Positions 21,201 to 30,136 are shown, counted from the first letter of the stretch. The stretch: 64,000 nucleotides of DNA from an uncultured Candidatus Rokubacteria bacterium (GCA_963771355.1 CAVYTA010000006.1:512001-576000); one strand, 5' to 3'. Numbers and translations are program-made. The notes: generated by a model not told the origin, from the letters alone.

Positions 21201-21636
21201 GCGCCATGATGCCGTCGCCCATCACCTGGTTCACGGTGCCCTCGTAGTGGTGGACCGCATCCATCATCAGCGTGAGGACGGGATCGAGGAGCTTGCGCGC
21301 CTCCTCGGGGTCGCGGTCGCCGAGCAGCTCCATCGAGCCCTTGACGTCGGCGAAGAGGACCGTGACCTGCTTGCGCTCGCCCTCGAGGGCCGCCTTAGAG
21401 GTGAGGATCTTCTCCGCGAGGTGCTTCGGAGTATAGGACTCGGGAGGGGCTCCGGTGTGTGCCGTGGCGGGCGGAGTGGCCGCCGCAGCGGCCTGACCGC
21501 ACTCCTTGCAGAACTTCGCTCCGGCGGGGAGCTCGGTGCCGCAGGCCCCGCACGGGCGGGCCAGCCGGCGGCCACACTCCAGGCAGAACTTGGCGTCGCC
21601 CGGGTTCTCGTGCCGGCACTGAGGACAGCGGCTCAC
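18274..21636 (-). CDS. Double Zn-ribbon + class III adenylate/guanylate cyclase + STAND-type AAA ATPase + TPR protein (paralog A)
   Basis: CPQC/CLEC/CGAC/CKEC; VLFADVKGS, MGDGIMALFG, TTNLAARME; GDPGVGKS, FEDLHWID; helical C-terminus; GTG 21636. Confidence 0.92.
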   Translation of the reverse strand: MSRCPQCRHENPGDAKFCLECGRRLARPCGACGTELPAGAKFCKECGQAAAAATPPATAHTGAPPESYTPKHLAEKILTSKAALEGERKQVTVLFADVKGSMELLGDRDPEEARKLLDPVLTLMMDAVHHYEGTVNQVMGDGIMALFGAPLAHEDHAVRACYAALRMQEAVRHYSDELRRAQGVEMQIRVGLNSGDVVVRSIGSDLRMDYSAVGQTTNLAARMEQLAAPGSIRLTAGTLRLAEGFVQVTPLGPVPIKGLADPVEVFELAGAGAARTRLEAAARRGLTRFVGRTAELEQLRDALDRASQGHGQVVAVVGDPGVGKSRLYWELVHSHRVHGWLVLQSASVSYGKATAYLPVIELLRSYLAIESRDDPRKIREKVTGKVLTLAPSLSPALPAFLALFDVPVDEASWHALDPSQRRQRTLDAVKHLLLRESEVQPLVVVFEDLHWIDGETQTLLDSLVDSLPATRLLLLVNYRPEYRHGWGGKTYYRQLRIDPLAPESADELLDALLGRDTALGPLKRLLIERTEANPLFLEESVRALVETGVLGGERGAYRLTRPVEELRIPATVQAILAARIDRLAPEAKRLLQAAAVIGKDVPMPLLLAIAEAPEDEVRAALTRLQAAEFLYETRLFPDLEYTFKHALTHEVAYGGLLHDRQRALHVRITEAIERLAPERVAEQAVRLGHHALRGELWDRAVAYLRQAGHRAMERAANREAVAHLEQALAALRHLPETRETAELTIDIRIDLRNALLPLGERTRMVDHLNAAEGLARTLGDQHRLGRIATFMVVQCLGSGDYDEAVRFGQEALSIGEALGETSIQVVATTFLGMAHVTRGELGDAIALLERNLELKSDVQDQRFGAPVIQPALSRALLADALSQLGRFDEAGGHGDAAIRIAEAADHPLSLYWGLFELGLVHLRRGDLPRATQVLERSLDLCRTWQLFAGSAAAAAALGAAHALAGRTEEALPLVAGAVEESRASQSYRWAAQILLYAGTTYHAAGLIDEAARHAREAVEVSRRLGARANEAQALCLAGDVASTGSAEDAEGYYREALALADGLGMRPLVAHCHLGLGTLYRRAGRREQAHAYLDTATTMYAEMGMRFWLEQAEADVRRRP

Positions 21637-24600
21637 GCGAGCTCCTTCAGCTCCGCCTTCGCCTGCGTGAGCCAGTACCGCATGTCCATCTCGCCGAACA
21701 TCGTCCCTGCCGTCGTGACGTGCTCCCGCGCCTCCTGCCGCTTGCCGGTGCGCCGGGACAGCTTGCCGAGGCCGAGGTGGCAATGGGCGACGAGCGGGCG
21801 CATGCCGAGCTCGTCGGCCAGGGCCAGGGCCTGGCGGTAGTGTGCCTCCGCGGCATCGAACTCGACGCGGTCAGGATTGGCCGCGATGTCGCCGAGCAAT
21901 CGCAGGACGTGGGCCTCCACCCCCCGTTCGCCGCGCTCTCGAGCCGCCGCGAGCCCGCCCTGGGCGATCCGGGTGGCGTCCGCCAGCCGCCTGTCGAGGA
22001 GGTACGCCCCGCCGAGCGCCCCGACGCGGCCGGCCCACCATGACCACATCACGCCCTGCTCGGCGATGCCACGGGCGGCGTCCTCCATCAGTGCGATCCC
22101 CTCGGCGCGGCGCCCGGTCCAGTGGTACGCCGCTCCCAGCGCCCCGGCGAAGTAGTGAAGCAGCCAGGGAACCTCGCTCGTCCGGCAGAGATCGAGGCCG
22201 CGCTCCAGCGGGGCCACGGCGCCCGCGAAGTCGCCCTGATCGAGTGTGAGGGTGCCGAGGCCGAAGAGGGGGTAGACAAGTGTGTAGACGTGCCCGGCCT
22301 CCTCCGCGATGTGCATCGCCTCGCGGAGACGCCGGAACGCCTCGGCGAACCGTCCGAGCGCCCCGAGCGCCTTGGCAAGCGTGTCCCGCACGTCCGCGCC
22401 CGAGATGGCGCCCTCACCGAATCGCTTCTGCGCCAGGCCCTCCGGGATCAGCGCGAGCGCGGCCTCGCAGTGCCGGACGGCCTCGCGGTACTGGCCTCCC
22501 ACCCTGTACGCTAGGCCAAGATAGTTGTTGGCGACAACCTGGATAGCGACGTCCGCCTGCGACTCGCCGATGGCCAGGGCGCGAAGTCCGGTCTGGATCG
22601 CCGCCGCAAAGTCGCCGGCCATCCCGAGCGGGATCACCTTGAAGGTCAGCGCGCGGGCGAGGCGGCGCTGGTCGCCGACGGCCTCGGCGAGGGCTTCGGC
22701 CTCGTCGAGGAGGGCGCGCACCCGTCCCCCCTCGCCGAGCGGCTGGAGCGCGTTGCGGAGGTCGAAGCGGAGGTCGAGGGACTCGGCGATCGCGTCGGGA
22801 TGCTCCGGCAATCGCCGGAGGGCGTCGAGCGCCTGCTCGAAGCAAGTGGCCGCCTCGCGATGGGCCGAGCGCAGGAAGACCTTGGTGCCGGCCTGGCGCA
22901 GGTAGCGCACCGCCTTGTCCCACACCTCGCCCTGCCGCGCGTGGTGGGCCAGCCGCTCGACGTGCTCGACGAGGCGATCGGCGTGCAGGCGCTCGATGGC
23001 GGCTGCCACCGCGGCGTGAAGATCGCGCCGGCGCTCCCCCAGCAGGCCCGCGTAGGCCACGTCGTGGGTCAGCGCGTGCTTGAAGGTGAATTCCAGATCC
23101 GGGAAGACCTGCGTCTCGTAGAGGAACTCCGCCTCCTGCAGGTGTCCGAGCCCCCGCCGCAGGGTCTCCTCCGGCTGCTCCGCGATGGCCGCCAGCAGCG
23201 CACAGGGCACGTCCTTGCCGATCACCGAGGCCGCCTGCAGGAGCCGCTTCTCCTCCGCCGGCAACCGGTCGATCCGCGCCGCCAGGATCGTCTGCACCGT
23301 GGCCGGCACCTGCAATGCCTCCACCGGCCGCGTCAGCCGGTACGCCCCCCGCTCCCCCGCCAGCGCCCCCGTCTCCACCAGCGTCCGCACCGTCTCCTCC
23401 AGGAAGAAGGGGTTGCCCCGCTTCACCAGCATCTGCGTCAAGGGGACCAGCCCCGGGTCCGGCCCGAGCAACGCCGCCAGCAGCTCCGCCGCGCTTCCGG
23501 TGGGCAGGGTGTCGAGCCGGAGCTGGGAGTAGGCCGTCTTGCTCCCCCAGCGGTGCTCATACCCGGGGCGGTAGTTAACGAGGAGCAGGAGGCGGGCGGA
23601 CCCGAGGCTCTCCACCAGGCTGTCGAGCAGGGCCTGGGTCTCGCTATCGACCCAGTGCAGGTCCTCGAAGACCACGAGCAGCGGCTGAGCCTTGCTCTCC
23701 CGCAGCAGCAGCCACTTGACCGCATCCAGCGTGCGCTGGCGGCGCTGGGGCGGATCCAGGTCGTGCCAGGCCGCGTCCTCCACCGGCACGTCGAGGAGCG
23801 CGAGCAGCGGGGGCAGCAGGGGCTCGAGCGAGCGGTCCAGGCCCAGCACTCGCCCCAGCACCTTGGCGCGCATCTCCCGGTGGTCGTCCCGGTCGCCGAT
23901 CTTGAAGTAGCCCTTCAGCAGGTCGACCACGGGCAGATAGCTGGTGGACTTGCCGTAGGAGACTGACAGGGCCTCCAGGATCAGCCAGTCCTGCACCCGA
24001 TGCGAGTGGGTGAACTCGTAGGTGAGCCGCGACTTCCCGACCCCGGCCTCGCCGACAATGGCGACTACCTGGCCGTGGCCGGCGTCGGCCTGACCGAGGA
24101 CTTGTCGCAGGTGCTCAATCTCGCCGGCGCGGCCCACGAAGCGCGTGAGGCCCCGGAGCGCCGCGGCCTGCAGCCGCGTCCGCGCCGTCCCTGTCCCCGT
24201 CAGCTCGAAGAGCTCGATCGGGTCGGGGAGGCCCTTCACTGGAATGGGGCCGAGCGACCTCACCTCGACGTAGCCCTCGGCGAGCCGCACGGTCTCGGCG
24301 GTCAGCCGGACGGTCCCGGGTGGCGCCAGCTGTTCCATCCGGGCCGCGAGGTGGGTCGTCTGGCCCACCGCCGTGTAGTCCATGCGGAGATCGCTGCCGA
24401 CCGTGCGGACGACGACCTCCCCCGAGTTGAGGCCGACCCGAATCTGCACCTCCACCCCGTGCACGCGGCGCGTGTCGTCCGCATAGCGCTTCAGCGACTC
24501 CTGCATGCGGAGCGCGGCATAGCACGCGCGGAGCGCGTGATCCTCGTGGGCGAGCGGCGCGCCGAAGAGGGCCATGATGCCGTCGCCCATAACCTGGTTG

Positions 24601-24995
24601 ACGGTGCCTTCGTACTGATGGACCGCTTCCATCATCAGCGTGAGGACGGGATCGAGAAGCTTGCGCGCCTCCTCCGGGTCCCGGTCGCCGAGCAGCTCCA
24701 TCGAGCCCTTGACGTCGGCGAAGAGGACCGTGACCTGCTTGCGCTCGCCCTCGAGGGCGGCCTTGGAGGTGAGGATCTTCTCCGCAAGGTGCCTGGGAGT
24801 ATAGGTTTCGGGAGTGGGCGAACGTCCTGCAACTCCGGCACCGGGGGTGACCGGCTGGCCGCATTGGAGGCAAAAGCGGGCGCTGCCCGGTAGCTCCGAG
24901 CCACAGGCGCCGCACTCAAGCGTCAGCGGCGCGCCGCAGCCGAGGCAGAACCTCGCGTGGACCGGGTTGTCCTGCTGGCACCGCAGACACTTCAT
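21633..24995 (-). CDS. Double Zn-ribbon + class III adenylate/guanylate cyclase + STAND-type AAA ATPase + TPR protein (paralog B)
   Basis: CLRC/CLGC/CGAC/CLQC; VLFADVKGS, MGDG, TTHLAARME; GEAGVGKS, FEDLHWVD; TPR-like C-terminus. Confidence 0.92.
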   Translation of the reverse strand: MKCLRCQQDNPVHARFCLGCGAPLTLECGACGSELPGSARFCLQCGQPVTPGAGVAGRSPTPETYTPRHLAEKILTSKAALEGERKQVTVLFADVKGSMELLGDRDPEEARKLLDPVLTLMMEAVHQYEGTVNQVMGDGIMALFGAPLAHEDHALRACYAALRMQESLKRYADDTRRVHGVEVQIRVGLNSGEVVVRTVGSDLRMDYTAVGQTTHLAARMEQLAPPGTVRLTAETVRLAEGYVEVRSLGPIPVKGLPDPIELFELTGTGTARTRLQAAALRGLTRFVGRAGEIEHLRQVLGQADAGHGQVVAIVGEAGVGKSRLTYEFTHSHRVQDWLILEALSVSYGKSTSYLPVVDLLKGYFKIGDRDDHREMRAKVLGRVLGLDRSLEPLLPPLLALLDVPVEDAAWHDLDPPQRRQRTLDAVKWLLLRESKAQPLLVVFEDLHWVDSETQALLDSLVESLGSARLLLLVNYRPGYEHRWGSKTAYSQLRLDTLPTGSAAELLAALLGPDPGLVPLTQMLVKRGNPFFLEETVRTLVETGALAGERGAYRLTRPVEALQVPATVQTILAARIDRLPAEEKRLLQAASVIGKDVPCALLAAIAEQPEETLRRGLGHLQEAEFLYETQVFPDLEFTFKHALTHDVAYAGLLGERRRDLHAAVAAAIERLHADRLVEHVERLAHHARQGEVWDKAVRYLRQAGTKVFLRSAHREAATCFEQALDALRRLPEHPDAIAESLDLRFDLRNALQPLGEGGRVRALLDEAEALAEAVGDQRRLARALTFKVIPLGMAGDFAAAIQTGLRALAIGESQADVAIQVVANNYLGLAYRVGGQYREAVRHCEAALALIPEGLAQKRFGEGAISGADVRDTLAKALGALGRFAEAFRRLREAMHIAEEAGHVYTLVYPLFGLGTLTLDQGDFAGAVAPLERGLDLCRTSEVPWLLHYFAGALGAAYHWTGRRAEGIALMEDAARGIAEQGVMWSWWAGRVGALGGAYLLDRRLADATRIAQGGLAAARERGERGVEAHVLRLLGDIAANPDRVEFDAAEAHYRQALALADELGMRPLVAHCHLGLGKLSRRTGKRQEAREHVTTAGTMFGEMDMRYWLTQAKAELKELA

Positions 24996-25056
24996 GTTGC
25001 GGGTTGCCTCCAGTTGGCTGGGCCGGGTCGGCCGGCTTCGTGGGACGAGTGCGCCG

Positions 25057-25121
25057 ACCTTAGCCGGAGTCGCCTCCGAGCGTCAAGGTCGGTTGACGCC
25101 TTCCCGAGGGCGTGACAGGAT
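25057..25121. promoter_or_regulatory. Back-to-back divergent sigma70-like promoters
   Basis: Plus: TTGACG (25093), 17 nt, CAGGAT. Minus: TTGACG (25086), 18 nt, TAAGGT. Confidence 0.5.
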
Positions 25122-25133
25122 TCGTCTCGACTC

Positions 25134-26132
25134 ATGGCCACCGCGACCCGCTCCACGCTGCACACCCCGCTCTGTGATCTCCTCGGGATCCGGTATCCGG
25201 TTTGCCAGGCGGGAATGGCCTTCGTGGCCCGCTCGGGCCTCGCGGCGGCGGTGTCGCAGGCGGGCGGGCTGGGCGTGCTGGCGGCGGCGCATGGCTCGCC
25301 CGCCGAGCTGCGCGCGGAGATCCGCCGCGTGCGCGAGCAGACCGACCGGCCCTTCGGCGTGGACATCCTCTTCGCGACCGTGAAGACGTCAGGCACGGAG
25401 ACTGACCGGTTCACCGACGACGTGCGCGGCTGGGTGGACGTGACGTTGGAGGAGCGCGTGCCGGTGCTCGTGGCCGGGCTGGGAAGCCCGGGGTCGGTGA
25501 CCGAGGACGCGCATCGTCTGGGCATCAAGGTGATGGCCCTCTGCGGCAACGTGAAGCAGGCCCGCGTTCTCGTCGCCTCGGGGGTGGATGTCGTCATCGC
25601 GCAGGGGCACGAGGCGGGCGGGCATACCGGGCGGGTGGCCGGGCTCGTGCTGCTCCCGGCGGTCGTGGACGCGGTGGCGCCGGTGCCGGTGGTGGCAGCG
25701 GGCGGCATCGCCGACGGCCGCGGCCTTGCCGCCGCGCTGGCACTGGGCGCGGTGGGCGTCTGGATGGGCACGCGCTTCATCGCCAGCCCCGAGGCGCACT
25801 GTCACGAGAACTATCGCAAGAAGGTCGTCGCCATCGACGAGGAGGGCACGGTGGTGACGCGCGCGGTATCCGGCAAGCCGAACCGCCAGATCCGGAACGC
25901 ATTCACCCGGGAGTGGGAGAAGCGCGAGGCGGAGATCCAGCCCTTTCCCGTCCAGTTCGAGCGGGTGGGCAAGCCCGCCGCGATCCGCGCGCGCGAGGAT
26001 GGTGACATCGAGAACGGCAGCGCGGCCTGCGGCCAGTCCGCGGGCCTCATCCACGACGTCCGCCCCGCGGGCGAGCTCATCGCGACCCTCGTGGACGAGG
26101 CCAGCGCCGTGCTCGCGCGCCTGCCGCGCTGA
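25134..26132 (+). CDS. Nitronate monooxygenase / FabK-like flavoprotein
   Basis: YPVCQAGM, AQGHEAGGHTG, VVAAGGIADGRG, MGTRF, GQSAGLI. Confidence 0.9.
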   Translation: MATATRSTLHTPLCDLLGIRYPVCQAGMAFVARSGLAAAVSQAGGLGVLAAAHGSPAELRAEIRRVREQTDRPFGVDILFATVKTSGTETDRFTDDVRGWVDVTLEERVPVLVAGLGSPGSVTEDAHRLGIKVMALCGNVKQARVLVASGVDVVIAQGHEAGGHTGRVAGLVLLPAVVDAVAPVPVVAAGGIADGRGLAAALALGAVGVWMGTRFIASPEAHCHENYRKKVVAIDEEGTVVTRAVSGKPNRQIRNAFTREWEKREAEIQPFPVQFERVGKPAAIRAREDGDIENGSAACGQSAGLIHDVRPAGELIATLVDEASAVLARLPR

Positions 26133-26147
26133 AGGCCGGCCCAGCTC

Positions 26148-27303
26148 ATGGCGCTGGATTTTGCCCTCGACCCCGAGCAGGAGGTGCTGGTCCGGACCAT
26201 CCGCGCCTTCGCCCAGCGCGAGCTGTCGCCGCATAGCGCCCAGTGGGATCGCGACCGCGTCTTCCCCGCCGAGGCCTGGCGCCAGATGGGCGCGCTGGGC
26301 CTGCTGGGATTGCGCGTTCCCGCCGCGCTGGGCGGCCAGGAGGCCGACCTGGTCACGGTCGGCCTCGCCATGGAGGAGATCGCCCGCGGCGATTTCTCCT
26401 GCACCTACGGCATCCAGCTCTCGACGCTGGCGGGCGAGATCATCGGCAAGCGCGGGGACGCCGCGCTCCGCGAGCGCTGGCTGCCGCCGATGACCCGGGG
26501 CGAGGTCATCATCGCCCTGGCCCTGACCGAGCCCGGGGTGGGCTCGGACGCGGCGCGACTGACCATGCGGGCCGAGCGCGACGGCGACGACTATCTGCTC
26601 ACCGGCGAGAAGTCGGGGATCAGCCTCGGCATGGCCGCTCAGGCGGTGATCGTCTTCGCGCGCACGGGCGAGGGCGGCGCCCGTGGCGTCACCGCCTTCC
26701 TGGTTCCACTCGACGGTCCCGGGGTGGCGCGGAGCCCCCTGCGCGACATGGGCTCGCATGCCATCGCCCGCGCCGTCCTGGCCTTCGATCGCGTACGCGT
26801 GCCCGCCTCGCATCGCCTCGGGGCCGAGGGCACGGGCTTCTACGAGGTGATGCGCGGCTTCGACTTCAACCGGGCGCTCGATCTCGCTGGCCTGCCTGGG
26901 CGCCGCGCAGATCTCGCTCGAGGAGACCATGGCCTACGTGAAGGAGCGCCAGGCCTTCGGCCGCCCGCTCGCGCGCTTCGAGGGCGTGACGTTCCCGATC
27001 GCGGAGGCGGCGACCTGGATCGAGGCGGCCCGCGGCCTCTGCCTGCGCGCGCTGTGGCTGGCCGACCGGAACGCGCCCTGCACGAAGGAATCCGCCATGG
27101 TGAAGTGGTGGGTGCCGCGGATGGCGGTGGACACCATTCACCAGTGCCTGCTCCTGCACGGCCACTACGGCTACACGGACGAGCTGCCCTTCGAGCGGCG
27201 CATGCGCGACGTGATGGGGCTCGAGATCGGCGACGGCACCGCCGAGGTGATGAAGATCGTGGTGGCCCGCGAGCTGCTGGGACGCGAGAGCCTGCCCTAC
27301 TAG
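26148..27303 (+). CDS. Acyl-CoA dehydrogenase (cyclohexanecarboxyl-CoA dehydrogenase-like); +1 frameshift near 26880
   Basis: ALTEPGVGSD, GEKSGIS, RQAFGRPL, HGHYGY, LEIGDGTAEVMK. Removing one G near 26880 restores RALISLACLG. Confidence 0.88.
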
Positions 27304-27337
27304 CGCCGCAGTCGACTCTATCCCGAGGAGAGCCCGT

Positions 27338-27817
27338 ATGCCCGACGGCGTGACCCTACCGAGCCTTACCATCTCGCACCTGGCCGAGGCGCCGTGTCCG
27401 CCCACCGCCGCCAATGCCACCTGGCCCAACGTCCTCCTCACGCGTGTCGGCGACCTGGCCGCTCAGCTGGGGCCGGGCGCCTGGGCCAAGCGGATCATCG
27501 CCGACGAGCGGCAGCTGGTGACGCTGATCTCGAGCCCGCCCGGCACCGGCAACCGGCCGCACTGGCATCGGGACTTCGACGAGTGGTGGGTGGTGCTGGG
27601 CGGCCGGCTCGAGTGGGAGCTGACCGGAGGGACCAAGCTCGAGGCCGCGAAGGACGACATCGTCTGGGTGCCACGGGGCACCGTGCACCATATCCGTACC
27701 GCCGGCGCCGAACGCTCCCTCCGGCTCGCCGTGGCCATGCCGCCCGCCGCCCACTACTTCAGCCCCTGCGAGCAATGCGGCTTCACCGACGACGGGCCGC
27801 GCGAGTGGCGCGCGTAG
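27338..27817 (+). CDS. Cupin domain protein
   Basis: PHWHRDFDEWWVVLGG and VPRGTVHHI cupin motifs. Confidence 0.8.
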   Translation: MPDGVTLPSLTISHLAEAPCPPTAANATWPNVLLTRVGDLAAQLGPGAWAKRIIADERQLVTLISSPPGTGNRPHWHRDFDEWWVVLGGRLEWELTGGTKLEAAKDDIVWVPRGTVHHIRTAGAERSLRLAVAMPPAAHYFSPCEQCGFTDDGPREWRA

Positions 27818-27830
27818 CGCCGGTCTCGGG

Positions 27831-28427
27831 CTAGCCGCCGGGATCGTAGGGCCGGCCCTTCGCGAGGAGCGTGCGGAGCCCGACGTCCAGGCTCGCGAAG
27901 GCGGGGTCGGCCTCGGCCCCGACGCCGTCGAGGGTCTTGCTGAAAAAACAGCGGGCGGCCGCCGTGAGCACGATGTCGAGGATCTCGGCGTCGGCGAAGC
28001 CCTGACGACGGAGCTCGTCGAGATCGGCCGCCGTCACGGTGTGCGCCTCGCGCGTCACCTTCTCCGCGAACGCCATCATCGCGACTTCGGCCCGCGTGAG
28101 CCCGGCCGTGCGATAGTCCCGGGCGATGGCGCTGACCTCGTCCTCGGTGAAAATCTGGCTGCGCAGGAGGGCTGCGCTGTGGGCGAGCATGCAGTAGGTC
28201 GAGCGGAGGGCGCCGGCGGCAGCGAGGGTGACCAGCTCGTAGCGCCGCGGGGTCATGTTGCCGCGGATCGCTCCGAGGAGCTGCCCCCAGGCGGAGAACA
28301 CCTCGGGCCGGTGGGCGAAGGCCTTGAGGTAGTTCGGCACATGGCCGAGCTGTGCCTGGTTCTTCTCGTAGAGTTCGCGCGCCTTGTCGGAGAGCTCGTC
28401 GAGGGGAATCTCGCGGATGTACGCCAT
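27831..28427 (-). CDS. Peroxidase-related AhpD/carboxymuconolactone decarboxylase family protein
   Basis: ELVTLAAA...STYCMLAH, FAEKVT, LRRQGFADAEILD. Confidence 0.85.
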   Translation of the reverse strand: MAYIREIPLDELSDKARELYEKNQAQLGHVPNYLKAFAHRPEVFSAWGQLLGAIRGNMTPRRYELVTLAAAGALRSTYCMLAHSAALLRSQIFTEDEVSAIARDYRTAGLTRAEVAMMAFAEKVTREAHTVTAADLDELRRQGFADAEILDIVLTAAARCFFSKTLDGVGAEADPAFASLDVGLRTLLAKGRPYDPGG

Positions 28428-28477
28428 GGGGCTGGCCTCCTGGTGCGCAGTGTACCGCGGAGCGAAAGAGGGAGCGC

Positions 28478-28506
28478 TTGACCGGCTCGCGCCCGCCCGC
28501 TAGGCT
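28478..28506 (+). promoter_or_regulatory. Putative sigma70 promoter, probably leaderless SDR mRNA
   Basis: TTGACC, 17 nt, TAGGCT, then 8 nt to GTG 28515. Confidence 0.55.
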
Positions 28507-28514
28507 CGGGCGTC

Positions 28515-29327
28515 GTGACCTCACTCGCGGGGCGCGTGGCGGTGGTAACGGGCGGGTCGCGCGGCATCGGCCGCGCCATCGCGCGCCGGCTCGCCGCGGA
28601 CGGCGCCGATTGCGCGCTGACCTACCGGCAGCACGCGGAGGAGGCTCGGGCGGCCGTCGCGGAGATCGAGACGCTGGGCCGCCGGGCGATCGCGGTGCCG
28701 CTCGAGCTGGCCGAGCCGTCCGACGTGGGGCCGGCGTTCGAGCGCATCGGCGAGGCCTTCGGACGCGTGGACATCCTCGTCGCCAGTGCGGCCGCCACCG
28801 CCTTTCGCCCCATGCTCGAGCAGAAGCCGCACAATGTCCGGCGGACGCTGGCCATCTCCATCGAGAGCTTCGTGGCCGCGGTGCAGGGGGCCGCGCGCCT
28901 GATGGCGGGGCCGGGGCGCATCATCGCCATCTCGGGGATCGACAGCTTCCAGGGCATGACCGGCCACGGCATGCTCGGAGCGGCCAAGGCGGGCGTGGAG
29001 AGCCTGGTGCGGACCCTCGCGCTCGAGCTGGGCGCGCGCGGCATCACGGTGAACGGCGTGAACCCCGGCTTCATCGAGACGGATTCCTCGCGGTACTACG
29101 TGGAGCAAGGGCTCGGTCGCGACTATGCGGAAGCGACCGCGGGGCTGCGCGCCGCCACCCCGGTGCGTCGCCTCGGTACGGTCGAGGACGTGGCCGGCCT
29201 GGTCGCCTACCTGGCCTCGGACGCCGCGGGATTCCTCACCGGCCAGACCCTGGTGCTCGACGGGGGCCTGACCATCGTCTCGCCGTTGAGCCGGCTGGAG
29301 GAAGGGCGGCAGGGAGGAGCCTCATGA
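28515..29327 (+). CDS. SDR family oxidoreductase (FabL/enoyl-reductase-like)
   Basis: TGGSRGIG, VNPGFIET, TGQTLVLDGG. Confidence 0.88.
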   Translation: MTSLAGRVAVVTGGSRGIGRAIARRLAADGADCALTYRQHAEEARAAVAEIETLGRRAIAVPLELAEPSDVGPAFERIGEAFGRVDILVASAAATAFRPMLEQKPHNVRRTLAISIESFVAAVQGAARLMAGPGRIIAISGIDSFQGMTGHGMLGAAKAGVESLVRTLALELGARGITVNGVNPGFIETDSSRYYVEQGLGRDYAEATAGLRAATPVRRLGTVEDVAGLVAYLASDAAGFLTGQTLVLDGGLTIVSPLSRLEEGRQGGAS

Positions 29328-30124
29328 CCTGCGTGCTCCTCGAGCGCGACGGTGCCGTCGCCCGCTTCGTCCTCAACCGCCCGGCGCAGCTCAATGCCGT
29401 GAGCCCCGAGCTGCTCGAGGATCTGGATCGGGCTTGCGCGGCCGTCGAGGCGGATCCCACCGTAGCCGTCGTGACCCTGACCGCGGCCGGCCGCGCCTTC
29501 TGCGCGGGCGCCGACCTCCGCGTCGTCCAGCAGCTCGCGCCGGATCCCGTGCGCTGGCGCGAGTTCATGGCGCGCTGGCGCCAGGTCTACGACCGCGTGG
29601 AGCGGCTGCCGGTGCCGGTGATCGCGGGCGTGCACGGCATGGCGCTGGCGGGCGGGCTCGAGCTCACCCTCGTCTGCGACCTCGTCGTGGCCGACGAGGC
29701 CGCACGGCTGGGCGACCAGCACGCCAACTTCGGACTGGTCGCGGGGGGCGGCGGCAGCCAGCGCCTGCCGCGGCTGATCGGCGCGCGCCACGCCAAGGAG
29801 CTGATGCTGCTCGGCGGCTGGCTGAGCGCTCAGGAGGCGCTGGCCTGGGGCCTCGTCAACCGCGTGGTGCCGGCGGGGCAGGTGGAGACAGCGGTGAGAG
29901 AACTCGCGCGCGAGCTCGCCGCAAAGAGCGCGGCGGCGGCGCGGGCCGTGAAGATGCTCGTGGACCGCGGCCTCGACCTCCCGCTCCCGCAGGGGCTCGA
30001 TCTCGAGGGCGAGGAGGTGGCCCGCCACATGCGAGGCGCCGACGCCGCCGAGGGCCTCCGCGCCTTCGTGGAGAAGCGCGCGCCCCGCTTCGGACGGGGA
30101 GGCACCGAAGCTAACGGGCCATGA
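29324..30124 (+). CDS. Enoyl-CoA hydratase/isomerase family protein
   Basis: LNRPAQLNA, FCAGADL, ALAGGLEL, GGGGSQRLPRLIG; ATG 29324. Confidence 0.92.
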   Translation: MTCVLLERDGAVARFVLNRPAQLNAVSPELLEDLDRACAAVEADPTVAVVTLTAAGRAFCAGADLRVVQQLAPDPVRWREFMARWRQVYDRVERLPVPVIAGVHGMALAGGLELTLVCDLVVADEAARLGDQHANFGLVAGGGGSQRLPRLIGARHAKELMLLGGWLSAQEALAWGLVNRVVPAGQVETAVRELARELAAKSAAAARAVKMLVDRGLDLPLPQGLDLEGEEVARHMRGADAAEGLRAFVEKRAPRFGRGGTEANGP

Positions 30125-30136
30125 CGTCGTCGCAGG

